Shown: positions 30,227-38,671 of the stretch, piece after piece | How the letters are laid out: the number at the start of each line of letters is the position of its first letter | How positions within the stretch are numbered: position 1 is the stretch's first letter | Source of the DNA: a virus | DNA length: 58,999 bases | Reading direction: 5' to 3' (one strand) | Virus genome (UHGV): UHGV-0092096 | Notes under the pieces: generated by a model | The model's database searches: none | What the model saw: only the letters and a program-made list of their open reading frames with translations | Told to the model about the DNA's origin: nothing | Translations under genes and position numbers: made by a program

Positions 30227-30580
30227 TTACTTCGCTGCTGCTGTTTTTCTGCCGCCAGTGTTCTTCTTCTCCTGATTCTTTGTAGCTTCCGCTTCCGCTC
30301 TCTTGTTGAGGTTGCGAAAAAAATCAGACTGTTCCATTTCTTCTTGCATTACTTTGGTCGCATCATCCATTGTGCCACCATTCAGAATATGCTCTTGAAT
30401 CTCAAGTCCGGCATCTGCACGTCTTTTTCCCATGCACAGCGCAATATATCCTCTAACCATGCTCATCGGTTTCTCTTCCATGGATTCAACTGATACGCCC
30501 ATGTCCTCAAGGTCGCAAACAAGGTTAAAGTCAAAAGGTTTCCCTGAATATTCTTTTCCATTAATTTCAAATGTTTTCAT
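30227..30580 (-). CDS. Tail assembly chaperone
   Basis: Small acidic protein immediately after the major tail gene. Confidence 0.45.
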   Translation of the reverse strand: MKTFEINGKEYSGKPFDFNLVCDLEDMGVSVESMEEKPMSMVRGYIALCMGKRRADAGLEIQEHILNGGTMDDATKVMQEEMEQSDFFRNLNKRAEAEATKNQEKKNTGGRKTAAAK

Positions 30581-30716
30581 GTCTTTGTATTCCTTCCCGT
30601 AATTTTATATGGGAAGGGCGCCCCTAAGAGCGCCCGTTCCTGTTGTTATTCTGCAATGTCAGCGTAATCAAATTTTACGTTCCGAGTATTCGCTGACCTG
30701 TCTTGCTCGGAACGTG

Positions 30717-31211
30717 TTACCCCTTTGTTACTGTAAATGTGCCGTTTCCAGCGTCAACGATTGTATACTCGTCTGTCACTTTCTTTGCGACAGTGTTCTG
30801 AATGATAGTTGCTGTCATCTCACAGATTTCATCGACACCACCAACGTCTGACGGAGTAGCGGATACCTGTGCAACGTATGCATATTTCGCAACGCCACCG
30901 ATACCGTCTGTTCCATATAACTGGAAGATAGCAACTCTTTTCTTCTCAAGTTTTCCAATATTGTCCAGATACTCTTTTTCAAGGTTTCCTGTTACCTCTT
31001 TTGCATCAGACTGTTTAATACCCATCTCAAATGTCTGTGCATCATCTTCCATAGTTGTTGATTCAACTGTGTTTGGTGCAGACACCGGAGCTGGCATTGA
31101 TTTTGCTTTCAGAAGTAGTTTGTAACTTCCGGCAAAATCAACTGCTGACAAATCCGCGCTATCGTCTAATTCTTTGTATATAGCTCTTACTTTATAACTG
31201 GTTGAAGCCAT
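30717..31211 (-). CDS. Major tail protein
   Basis: A 164-aa protein upstream of the chaperones and tape measure, in the conserved position. Confidence 0.5.
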   Translation of the reverse strand: MASTSYKVRAIYKELDDSADLSAVDFAGSYKLLLKAKSMPAPVSAPNTVESTTMEDDAQTFEMGIKQSDAKEVTGNLEKEYLDNIGKLEKKRVAIFQLYGTDGIGGVAKYAYVAQVSATPSDVGGVDEICEMTATIIQNTVAKKVTDEYTIVDAGNGTFTVTKG

Positions 31212-31260
31212 TTTTTACCTCCATTTCTGCCGTTTAGGCAATAAAAAAGATCCTTTCGGA

Positions 31261-31680
31261 TCAGTGTAACGCATCTATGTTTCCGAGAGTTCGCCTGACT
31301 CGCATTACACATCGGTAATATTCGTCTCCGTCACTCTCTTCTGGAAATGAATTAATTTCAAACCCCATATTTTTGTACACCAAGGCAACCTCTTTCAAAA
31401 CCGCCTTAGCTTCTTTAATACTTTTATCTGTACTTACTTCCACTTGCATGGAATACAAGATTCCGCTGATATCTTCACCGTCCAAAGTGCGTGCTTTTTC
31501 TGCCCCAGGCAATTCACGAATGTAAACTGTTGGATATTTTACGGTCACGCCTTTAGGTTTTGAAGTAGTCGTGAAACGAATGTTCGGATACTTACTTTTC
31601 AGCTTATCTCCTACTTTCTTCTGAACAATAGAGAAGATGTGTGTCTCTAAGTCGAAAACCCATGAATTATCCACTTCCAA
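31261..31680 (-). CDS. Tail terminator / tail completion protein (positional)
   Basis: Position in the head-tail joining block. Confidence 0.4.
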   Translation of the reverse strand: MEVDNSWVFDLETHIFSIVQKKVGDKLKSKYPNIRFTTTSKPKGVTVKYPTVYIRELPGAEKARTLDGEDISGILYSMQVEVSTDKSIKEAKAVLKEVALVYKNMGFEINSFPEESDGDEYYRCVMRVRRTLGNIDALH

Positions 31681-32206
31681 ACACCTCCTTCGCTACTTCT
31701 GAAACGGATTTAATCATCTCAAGGCTTGCATTGTACATCGGCATAGTTGCTTTGATACCGTAGGAATGATGCCATTTTCCATCATCTCCAAAGTAGTACC
31801 AACCGTTCGGATCAGCAGCATGAGTCTGTCCCGGATAACTGCCAACACCGAATCCAAGCTCTCCGGCTTTTGGGTTTGGGATGCTGTTGTAACGAACACC
31901 GGCTCCGAATTCTATAGCGAACAGAAGATTGAACGGTTCTCTTCCCTCTGGATACTTTACTTTACCAGTGGCAATCAGTACCGCTTTGCATCCCATCTCT
32001 TCTTCTGTCTTATCACTTTTCAGAGTCACTGTTTTTCCGAGCGGAGATTCTGTCAGCTTTTCAACTGCGACAGTCTGTCCTCTCTCAATCAATTTTTCAC
32101 AGAACAAGCTTAACTTTGAATCAAGCGATTTCTGGTAAGCTTCAATCTGTTTGATTGCTTCATCAATGCTCTTTTGTGATAATCCGAAACTGATTTTTGT
32201 GCTCAT
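31667..32206 (-). CDS. Head-tail joining protein (positional)
   Basis: Position only. Confidence 0.35.
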   Translation of the reverse strand: MSTKISFGLSQKSIDEAIKQIEAYQKSLDSKLSLFCEKLIERGQTVAVEKLTESPLGKTVTLKSDKTEEEMGCKAVLIATGKVKYPEGREPFNLLFAIEFGAGVRYNSIPNPKAGELGFGVGSYPGQTHAADPNGWYYFGDDGKWHHSYGIKATMPMYNASLEMIKSVSEVAKEVFGSG

Positions 32207-32208
32207 TC

Positions 32209-32655
32209 TTATCCCTCTTTAATCAATCGTTGAAGCAAGAATGTATCTTCGTGCATAGCTTCATCGTTGACATCCTTAACAACGTAATCTGCGGAGTTTT
32301 CATCCACGTTTGACGTATTTATCGGGTCTTTGTATTTAATGGCTGAATTGCGCCAAATACGCGCCCCTTTTGCCAATGGAAGAGTTCCTTTTGCACAGAC
32401 AATCGTTGCCTTGTCAGAGGAATCATCAATGCCAAACGCCCGAATAAATGTATCGGTCAATGTAGAATTGATATTCGCTCTGAATAACTTAGGTTCCGTG
32501 TAGTGTGGTTCAGTATCTCCTGACTCAACAGGAATCTGTTCTCCATCTACTTCGATGTACTTCACATTCCCATCATCATCAGTCATATATACCGGAGACG
32601 TACCATCTTGCAAGGAGTAGTACATTTTCTGCTTATTTCTGTTCAGTGTCCTCAC
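32209..32655 (-). CDS. Head-tail joining protein (positional)
   Basis: Position only. Confidence 0.35.
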   Translation of the reverse strand: MRTLNRNKQKMYYSLQDGTSPVYMTDDDGNVKYIEVDGEQIPVESGDTEPHYTEPKLFRANINSTLTDTFIRAFGIDDSSDKATIVCAKGTLPLAKGARIWRNSAIKYKDPINTSNVDENSADYVVKDVNDEAMHEDTFLLQRLIKEG

Positions 32656-32926
32656 TTACGGTCACCTTCTTTACTTGCTTCTGAACCTGATTTACACCAG
32701 TACTTGCAAGTCCGGATACAATTCCTACTGCAATTGCATCAAGAACGTCTGTTGCCGGAAAACTAGGGATTACATACATTCCAACAACTCCGAGAATTCC
32801 TCCGGCCAAACCAACAATTACAGGGATATAATTATCTTTTACTTTCGGACACAGCTTTGCTCCGAGTCCAACAAGATAAGTAATAACCACGATCGCCAAT
32901 ACGGTTTCCATTGAAAAAATATCCAT
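32633..32926 (-). CDS. Small membrane protein with 2-3 TM helices, holin-like
   Basis: VLAIVVITYLVGLGAKL...IPVIVGLAGGILGVVGMYVIP...AIAVGIVSGLASTG resembles small phage holins. Located inside the structural module. Confidence 0.4.
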   Translation of the reverse strand: MDIFSMETVLAIVVITYLVGLGAKLCPKVKDNYIPVIVGLAGGILGVVGMYVIPSFPATDVLDAIAVGIVSGLASTGVNQVQKQVKKVTVSEDTEQK

Positions 32927-33240
32927 TATTCTTCACCACCATTCATTCTGTTTTCCAGTGTATCAATTCTGTGATGTGCACTCTTTACACTGTCTTCCAG
33001 TTTGATTATTCTTCCATTGTGAGAATCAAGCTTATCTTTCATCTGAGAAATCTCACTTTTGATGTCCTCACTCAAAGAAGATATGTTATCAAGTTTCATA
33101 TTGATTTTTGTGTTCTGCCTAACTCTTTCTTCGATATCTTTCGTGTCCGAACGTTTATTGTTCTTCAAACCGAAGAAAATGGAAAAAGCAACTGACACCA
33201 CACTTATAATGATTGCTATCAATGTTTCAATAGTCATCAA
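32926..33240 (-). CDS. Membrane-anchored coiled-coil protein (XhlA-like?)
   Basis: N-terminal TM (LIAIIISVVSVAFSIFFGL) followed by a coiled coil. Confidence 0.4.
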   Translation of the reverse strand: MMTIETLIAIIISVVSVAFSIFFGLKNNKRSDTKDIEERVRQNTKINMKLDNISSLSEDIKSEISQMKDKLDSHNGRIIKLEDSVKSAHHRIDTLENRMNGGEE

Positions 33241-33345
33241 TCATTTACCTGCCTTTTTCTTATTTCCATTAGCTGCCCACCACCAAATTAGCTAATACCC
33301 TGCAACCATATTGCCTACATTAGCAAAATGGTCACGCACAATCTT

Positions 33346-33684
33346 CTATAAAAAATGAACATACGGAAGCACGTCATTAAATATCGAACTTGAAACATAA
33401 GCATTTTCATAAGAACGGCTGATTGAATTTTCACTATGGCTTGTCTCTCCCTCAGCTCCTTCTTTCGCTTTTAGGTCAACCACAGCCATGGCGATTGTGT
33501 TCAAATGTTTTTCCATGTCAGATTCTATCTTTGCATCCGTAAAAGACGGAGGATAGTTTCTGCACTGCTTAAATTTCTCAGTTACGAATCCGATTAACAG
33601 TTTTGATGGTTTTTCATCGGCAAGCTCTGGAATATCAGACAAGTATTCTACTGATTTCTCATAGATTCTGTCTTCAATTGCCAT
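33346..33684 (-). CDS. Head-tail connector protein (positional)
   Basis: A 112-aa protein just after the capsid gene. Confidence 0.4.
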   Translation of the reverse strand: MAIEDRIYEKSVEYLSDIPELADEKPSKLLIGFVTEKFKQCRNYPPSFTDAKIESDMEKHLNTIAMAVVDLKAKEGAEGETSHSENSISRSYENAYVSSSIFNDVLPYVHFL

Positions 33685-33700
33685 AGCTGCACCTCACGAT

Positions 33701-33952
33701 CTACAGATTGAACCTTGTAATAAAGTATTCTTTCAAATCTTGCCCAGTCATATCGTCAACATTTGATACTCCATGTTCTCTTGCCAATTCTTTCAAATCA
33801 GCAGTACTCATTCTGTTGATGTCTGTTTTCTTATACTTAAACTCTACCGGTATTTGCATTTTCTCAGAATACCGCCCCGGAGTTCCTTCCGGGACTTCTT
33901 CTCCTGCTTTGTACCACTTGCCGTTCATTTTGATAATGTTCTTCGCAAGCAT
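33701..33952 (-). CDS. Hypothetical small structural-module protein
   Basis: ORF in chain. Confidence 0.4.
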   Translation of the reverse strand: MLAKNIIKMNGKWYKAGEEVPEGTPGRYSEKMQIPVEFKYKKTDINRMSTADLKELAREHGVSNVDDMTGQDLKEYFITRFNL

Positions 33953-33963
33953 CCAATCACCTC

Positions 33964-35052
33964 TTACGCTACTTTCATAACAACAACGCTGTTCATTCCC
34001 TCAAATGATGGAAGACCAATCATGGATACTACGCAATGAGTATTGATTGGATGCTCTGTTGCATATGTGTAGACAGAAATACCAGTTTCAACAAGTTGCA
34101 GATTTCCTCCGGCGAGATCTCCGCTTCTCTCTTCCGGTGTTCTTCCGAATACGTAGTCTCCAAGATATACTCCTGCTGACTGACAAGAGATAATGTTTGT
34201 TGGGATGAAGTACTGTGTTGTTCCAGCTTCATCAACATACATCTTGTCGTATACCTCGATTTCGATTCCGTACTCTCTCAGATAAGAAAGAACATCTGCC
34301 TGTCTTACTCTGATACCGCCGTTGTAAGCAGTAATTCCGAGTACCTGTTTCTTTGTGTCTTCTGCTTTCAGAATCATCTCAAATGTCTCTGTATTCATAG
34401 AGAATCTTGTCAGGGAATATCCTGTCTTCTTTGCGAAATCACGTCTTGTGTCAATCAAGTCTTGAAGTGGTGTTGCTGTTGCCGGAACATTCCACTTATC
34501 AGATGTTCCTTGAATTTCAACGAAGTGATCTGCCTTGTGCTTTGCTCCATTGTCTGTTGTGTAATCAATTGTGTATGTCTTGTCTTTGATTTTAACAGTA
34601 ACTTTCGGAACACCGTCTGACGGAGCAAGTAACTGCCAAATCTGTCTCTCAGGAACTACCATCGCTCCTTGAATCAGATTCATAGGTTTCTTGCTAATCT
34701 GTCTGAGTACTTGATTTGCAAGATTTGAGTTTTCAGCAGACTGATAGTTCGCATACTGCTGCTCCTCTTTTTCTGTAACCATGTAGGACTCTCTGTAGAA
34801 CGGCATTTCGTTCTGGATATCCTGGAATCCACCGACATCTCTTAATTCTGCCTGTGCATCAAAGTTGGATGCTTTCAGAGAAATTGGCTGAGAATTTTCA
34901 CCAAGGATATATCTCATTTCCAGTGAATCCTGTTTTGTTGTTCCAAATTTCTGTCTCCCAAGATACGGTGGAAGTGCAAGAGACGCTTTGTAGTTATCCC
35001 ACATAACTCCAAGACTTCTCGCTGTAAATGCTTGACTTAATGGTAATGCCAT
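33964..35052 (-). CDS. Major capsid protein
   Basis: A 362-aa protein downstream of the scaffold and portal; size and position are typical. Confidence 0.6.
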   Translation of the reverse strand: MALPLSQAFTARSLGVMWDNYKASLALPPYLGRQKFGTTKQDSLEMRYILGENSQPISLKASNFDAQAELRDVGGFQDIQNEMPFYRESYMVTEKEEQQYANYQSAENSNLANQVLRQISKKPMNLIQGAMVVPERQIWQLLAPSDGVPKVTVKIKDKTYTIDYTTDNGAKHKADHFVEIQGTSDKWNVPATATPLQDLIDTRRDFAKKTGYSLTRFSMNTETFEMILKAEDTKKQVLGITAYNGGIRVRQADVLSYLREYGIEIEVYDKMYVDEAGTTQYFIPTNIISCQSAGVYLGDYVFGRTPEERSGDLAGGNLQLVETGISVYTYATEHPINTHCVVSMIGLPSFEGMNSVVVMKVA

Positions 35053-35071
35053 GTCTGTTATTCCTCCTTAA

Positions 35072-35416
35072 TTAACCTTCTGCAATCTTTGGTGCTCCGT
35101 AAAAAGTAACTCTCGGAGTCGCTTTTCTTGCTGCATCTGCAATTGAAAGGCCTGTTACTTTTTCCCAATCAATCGTTCCCTGATATACATATGTTCCAGG
35201 TGCATCTCCCTGTGTAACATCAACGTCCTCAAGAAGATATCCAAGGCATTCAGCATCATTGGACGGATACGGCGTTCCAGCTTTTACAATTTTCATTCCG
35301 TTGTCATCTGCCGCAGATACCATTGACTGCTGTACTACACAAGCAGCTCCCTCATACGGGAAGAACTTCAGAATCCCTTTACCTTGTGTAAAATCTCTTA
35401 CAATTGGTTTACCCAT
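35072..35416 (-). CDS. Putative head decoration / minor head protein
   Basis: Sits between the scaffold and capsid genes. Confidence 0.4.
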   Translation of the reverse strand: MGKPIVRDFTQGKGILKFFPYEGAACVVQQSMVSAADDNGMKIVKAGTPYPSNDAECLGYLLEDVDVTQGDAPGTYVYQGTIDWEKVTGLSIADAARKATPRVTFYGAPKIAEG

Positions 35417-35430
35417 TGCTTAATTCCTCC

Positions 35431-36021
35431 TTATTTCAAAACGTAGTAGTCTTTTACAGACTGCTCACTCTGTTTGTTGCCGAAAACAATAGATTCTGCA
35501 TTTTTCACATCTTCCGGCTTATCATCTTGTTTTCCACCGCCAGTATTTCCACTGCCCGGATTAATTGAACCGTTAGCGATTTCCTGTTCTTTCGCCTGCG
35601 CGGCGGCTGTTTCTTTATCGGCGATAATCTGTGACATGGAATCAATGGCTGTCTTTGCAAGATCGTAATTGTCTTGAAAACCAGCAAGAACATTCTCTGC
35701 CTGTTCACCCGTCAGTCCTTTTTCAGCAGCATAAGCACGAATATCTTTCTTGATGTTCTCTTTCTGCAATGCATCAATCTGTTTTCTCAGCTTCTCAATC
35801 TCGTCATCGTTCTGTGGTGACGGATTTTGGTTTGGCTGTGGATTTGGAACTGGTGCCGGTGTAGGCTGTGGCTGAGGTTCCGGCTTTGGTGCTGGATTTT
35901 GGTTCGGTGCCGGAGCTGGTCTGTTATTATGAAACTGATTCAAATAATTAGTTACCTGTGCATCTGTCGGCTCTTCAATTCCTAACGCAACCAAATTTTG
36001 TTTTGCTTCTTCTCTTGTCAT
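35431..36021 (-). CDS. Scaffolding protein
   Basis: Proline-rich linker (PAPAPNQNPAPKPEPQPQPTPAPVP) plus coiled coil, between the portal and capsid genes. Confidence 0.55.
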   Translation of the reverse strand: MTREEAKQNLVALGIEEPTDAQVTNYLNQFHNNRPAPAPNQNPAPKPEPQPQPTPAPVPNPQPNQNPSPQNDDEIEKLRKQIDALQKENIKKDIRAYAAEKGLTGEQAENVLAGFQDNYDLAKTAIDSMSQIIADKETAAAQAKEQEIANGSINPGSGNTGGGKQDDKPEDVKNAESIVFGNKQSEQSVKDYYVLK

Positions 36022-36157
36022 AGTTATTACCTCCGTGATCTACATTTGATTTCGCTGTTCTATCAGCATGGATTTTTTCTTTTTCCATTTGACGCATGGA
36101 TGCAAATTTATATAGAAAAAGCCAACCACTGATTTCTCAATGACTGGCTTATTTCTA

Positions 36158-36400
36158 CTATCCTAATTTCTGCCAACTCTTTGTCTCAGAGTTGAATTTG
36201 TATAATTCCGATGTGTCTAACATCAAACAGGAACTTCCTGCATCTACATAAGTCGGGAGCTTATCAACATCTTTTGACTGAGCTTCATAGCTTCTAACAT
36301 TTCCCGATGCTTCGGTACAAACAATGCTCCCCATATCCGGCACATCTGTTCCCGGAGGATACGTCTGTCCGTCTTGTTTTACTGTGTAGTTGTATTTCAT
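36158..36400 (-). CDS. Hypothetical small protein
   Basis: ORF in chain. Confidence 0.4.
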   Translation of the reverse strand: MKYNYTVKQDGQTYPPGTDVPDMGSIVCTEASGNVRSYEAQSKDVDKLPTYVDAGSSCLMLDTSELYKFNSETKSWQKLG

Positions 36401-37866
36401 TTTGTTACCTCCGGCGTTTTGTTGCCATTCAAATTCTGATTGTTTCCTAGTTTTTGATTCTGATTAGAATTATCATCTATCTGATTTTGCTTATTTTCAT
36501 CATCAGAAGTCTTGTAAAGCACATCCAGATAAGGCTTGGACAGAATGTAAGCTTTTTCACTATCCGGGAATAATGTGCTAAGCTCATATGCAAGTTTCGG
36601 ATGAGTGCCGTCTTTCAACAGGTAGTCCAGAAACTGTGCCTTTACTAGCATATTATCCATAGGGCTGTGATTAATAATCACTTCAAACTGGCTCGTATCA
36701 ATAGGACATTCATTTTTCCCTTTTCTTACACGAATAATATTCAAGATAACTTCATTCAGTCTTTGTTCTGACTCTTGAATAATCGGGTCTTTCAGTTTTC
36801 CTCTCGTCTTAGCCATATCCCATCCGTTGCGGAGTTGTACCGCCCCTTGAGTGTCACCACCTGTGTTTCCTTCAAGTTTAGGAATGGCAAGAATCTGTAG
36901 GATATTATCCAGCAAGTCTTGTTTTGCAACCTGTGACTGAGTTTGATTTAGCTCCTGTGTCATAATATCAACATCAGCCTTATTGTCAGTACCATTGTTT
37001 GATTTAACAACAAGAGCACCTTCCATTTTCATCTGTTGGAATGTCTCATGGTCAACTGTACAGTTTACAAATTTTACCCAAGCACTAACAAACTGTTCAA
37101 TGCTGTCCATTCTGTTTGACTGCATATTGTTAATTGCATCAAACATGGATGCTACAAGCTCAATATCAGAAATTCTCTCAAAATTGTTTGGGTATTCAAC
37201 AATAGGGATTCCACCAAACGCATGTACACCCCATTGTTCAACTTTTCCGTCTTTGATAATGCATTGGTTCGTTTTCGTGTGGCATGACTTATACCATTCA
37301 CCGTTCAAGTCCTTTAATTCTTGAACGGAAACAAGCGGTTCTTCCGTAATAGATGAATAAATGATGTAAGTATTCATGGGAGTTGGAACTGTAATTCTGA
37401 ACGGCATTTTTTCTCCAGGTTTTTCAAACTGAGCAGCTAAAAAAGCTGTTCCAGTTGCCGACTGCCACTCACCAGCTCTGATATTTCTAGCATGTTTATG
37501 AGCACGTCTAAAATAATTATTGAGCACGTCAACATATTCGCTGATATTTTCCTTTACAATACTCACGCACTGCAACGGTTCTCCATATGACTGTCCAACT
37601 TTAAACTGAACTGCTTCATAAGCGTGATTCTCTACTACTTTGTTTACCACATCATCTCTGATCGTCTTTGTACGGTACAGAATCGGTTGATCTCCTTTGT
37701 AGTAGTCCCACAAATATTTAGTAACTTGTTTGTTAAAGTAAAAGATTCCAAGTGTTTCTCCTACAACTTCCAAAATATTGCTTTGATCAACCTCTTCGAC
37801 ATTCGCATATGCAATTTTTCTTCCGTATTTGCCTTTTACAAGGTCTTGTAGAGTATTCTTGTTCAT
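36397..37866 (-). CDS. Portal protein
   Basis: A 489-aa protein immediately downstream of the terminase region; SPP1-like arrangement. Confidence 0.6.
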   Translation of the reverse strand: MNKNTLQDLVKGKYGRKIAYANVEEVDQSNILEVVGETLGIFYFNKQVTKYLWDYYKGDQPILYRTKTIRDDVVNKVVENHAYEAVQFKVGQSYGEPLQCVSIVKENISEYVDVLNNYFRRAHKHARNIRAGEWQSATGTAFLAAQFEKPGEKMPFRITVPTPMNTYIIYSSITEEPLVSVQELKDLNGEWYKSCHTKTNQCIIKDGKVEQWGVHAFGGIPIVEYPNNFERISDIELVASMFDAINNMQSNRMDSIEQFVSAWVKFVNCTVDHETFQQMKMEGALVVKSNNGTDNKADVDIMTQELNQTQSQVAKQDLLDNILQILAIPKLEGNTGGDTQGAVQLRNGWDMAKTRGKLKDPIIQESEQRLNEVILNIIRVRKGKNECPIDTSQFEVIINHSPMDNMLVKAQFLDYLLKDGTHPKLAYELSTLFPDSEKAYILSKPYLDVLYKTSDDENKQNQIDDNSNQNQKLGNNQNLNGNKTPEVTK

Positions 37867-37875
37867 TTCTTCACC

Positions 37876-38073
37876 TTAAATCAAAAAAGTCATTCCGCTA
37901 CTGCAATTTCTAATTGGCAGTGACTTCCTGACTGTTTCTCCCGTTGCTACTTTGAAAATAATCTTTTTGTTACACTTCTTGCATCGACATACTTTGTCGA
38001 TTTTTCCTTTTCCGTCATAAGTGCCAACTTTCCTGTTGCACTTCGGACAATAAATTGTTTGTTCTTTTACCAT
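37876..38073 (-). CDS. Small zinc-ribbon protein
   Basis: CPKCN...CRCKKCN motifs. Start placed at the MVKEQ ATG. Upstream in-frame codons lie inside the terminator hairpin of leader copy 3. Confidence 0.4.
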   Translation of the reverse strand: MVKEQTIYCPKCNRKVGTYDGKGKIDKVCRCKKCNKKIIFKVATGETVRKSLPIRNCSSGMTFLI

Positions 38074-38086
38074 GTTTTTCACCAAT

Positions 38087-38195
38087 AAAAAATGCACCTG
38101 GTTCGTCATTCCAAGTGCATCTTTGAGAAAGGATTATGAGAATTTTTATGTATCCTCAAGTTGTATTTCTTCGATTATTATTATAACACGTCAAG
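38087..38195 (-). promoter_or_regulatory. Promoter-leader-terminator cassette copy 3: TGTGTTATAAT promoter, ~85-nt leader, hairpin TGCACTTGG/CCAGGTGCA plus U6
   Basis: Same extended -10 box as copies 1 and 2, a GAATG start motif, and a GGTGAAAAACATGG RBS context. See findings. Confidence 0.5.
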
Positions 38196-38248
38196 TATTT
38201 GGAAAAGTAGTGAAAGAATGTGCAATTATGTGCACTTTTGTGAAATGA

Positions 38249-38671
38249 TTACAGATAGTAAGAGCCGAAAAGCTTCTCAAACTCTTGTAGTGCTCTTCCA
38301 TGGATTGACATCGCACCTCTAAACGAGCATTCCATTTCCGAAGTGATCGTTTTCCAGTTTTTGCACAAGACATATCTGTTGTACAGTACTCTGTACTGAT
38401 TTGTGTTTGTAATCATCTCAATCTGTTGAGTGATTTCCCTCTTTTTTTGAAAAGAATGCTCAATAGATTCCGCAAGCTCTACTTCTGCATCAGCAATTTT
38501 AGAGACAAGGCTTCCCATTTTGTCAGGTTCTCCGCTGCTCTGAACATTAACCTCTTTTAGAGACACAGAAATAGAACAAGCCATATCTCTCAACTGATTA
38601 ATTTCTTCAACTTTGTTTTTGATTATAAAATCTAACTTTGAAATCTGTCCTAAATATGTTTTTGTATCCAT
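38249..38671 (-). CDS. ArpU/RinA-type (sigma region-4-like) late transcription regulator
   Basis: C-terminal TITSEMECSFRGAMSIHGRALQEF resembles a sigma-70 region 4 HTH. Confidence 0.45.
   Translation of the reverse strand: MDTKTYLGQISKLDFIIKNKVEEINQLRDMACSISVSLKEVNVQSSGEPDKMGSLVSKIADAEVELAESIEHSFQKKREITQQIEMITNTNQYRVLYNRYVLCKNWKTITSEMECSFRGAMSIHGRALQEFEKLFGSYYL

Noticed and set aside
29850-30580. Programmed -1 frameshift joining the two tail-chaperone ORFs
   Set aside because: The second ORF's frame does not appear to be open back into the 3' end of the first (a stop lies just upstream of its ATG). Manual indexing here is uncertain by 1 nt, so no frameshift is claimed.
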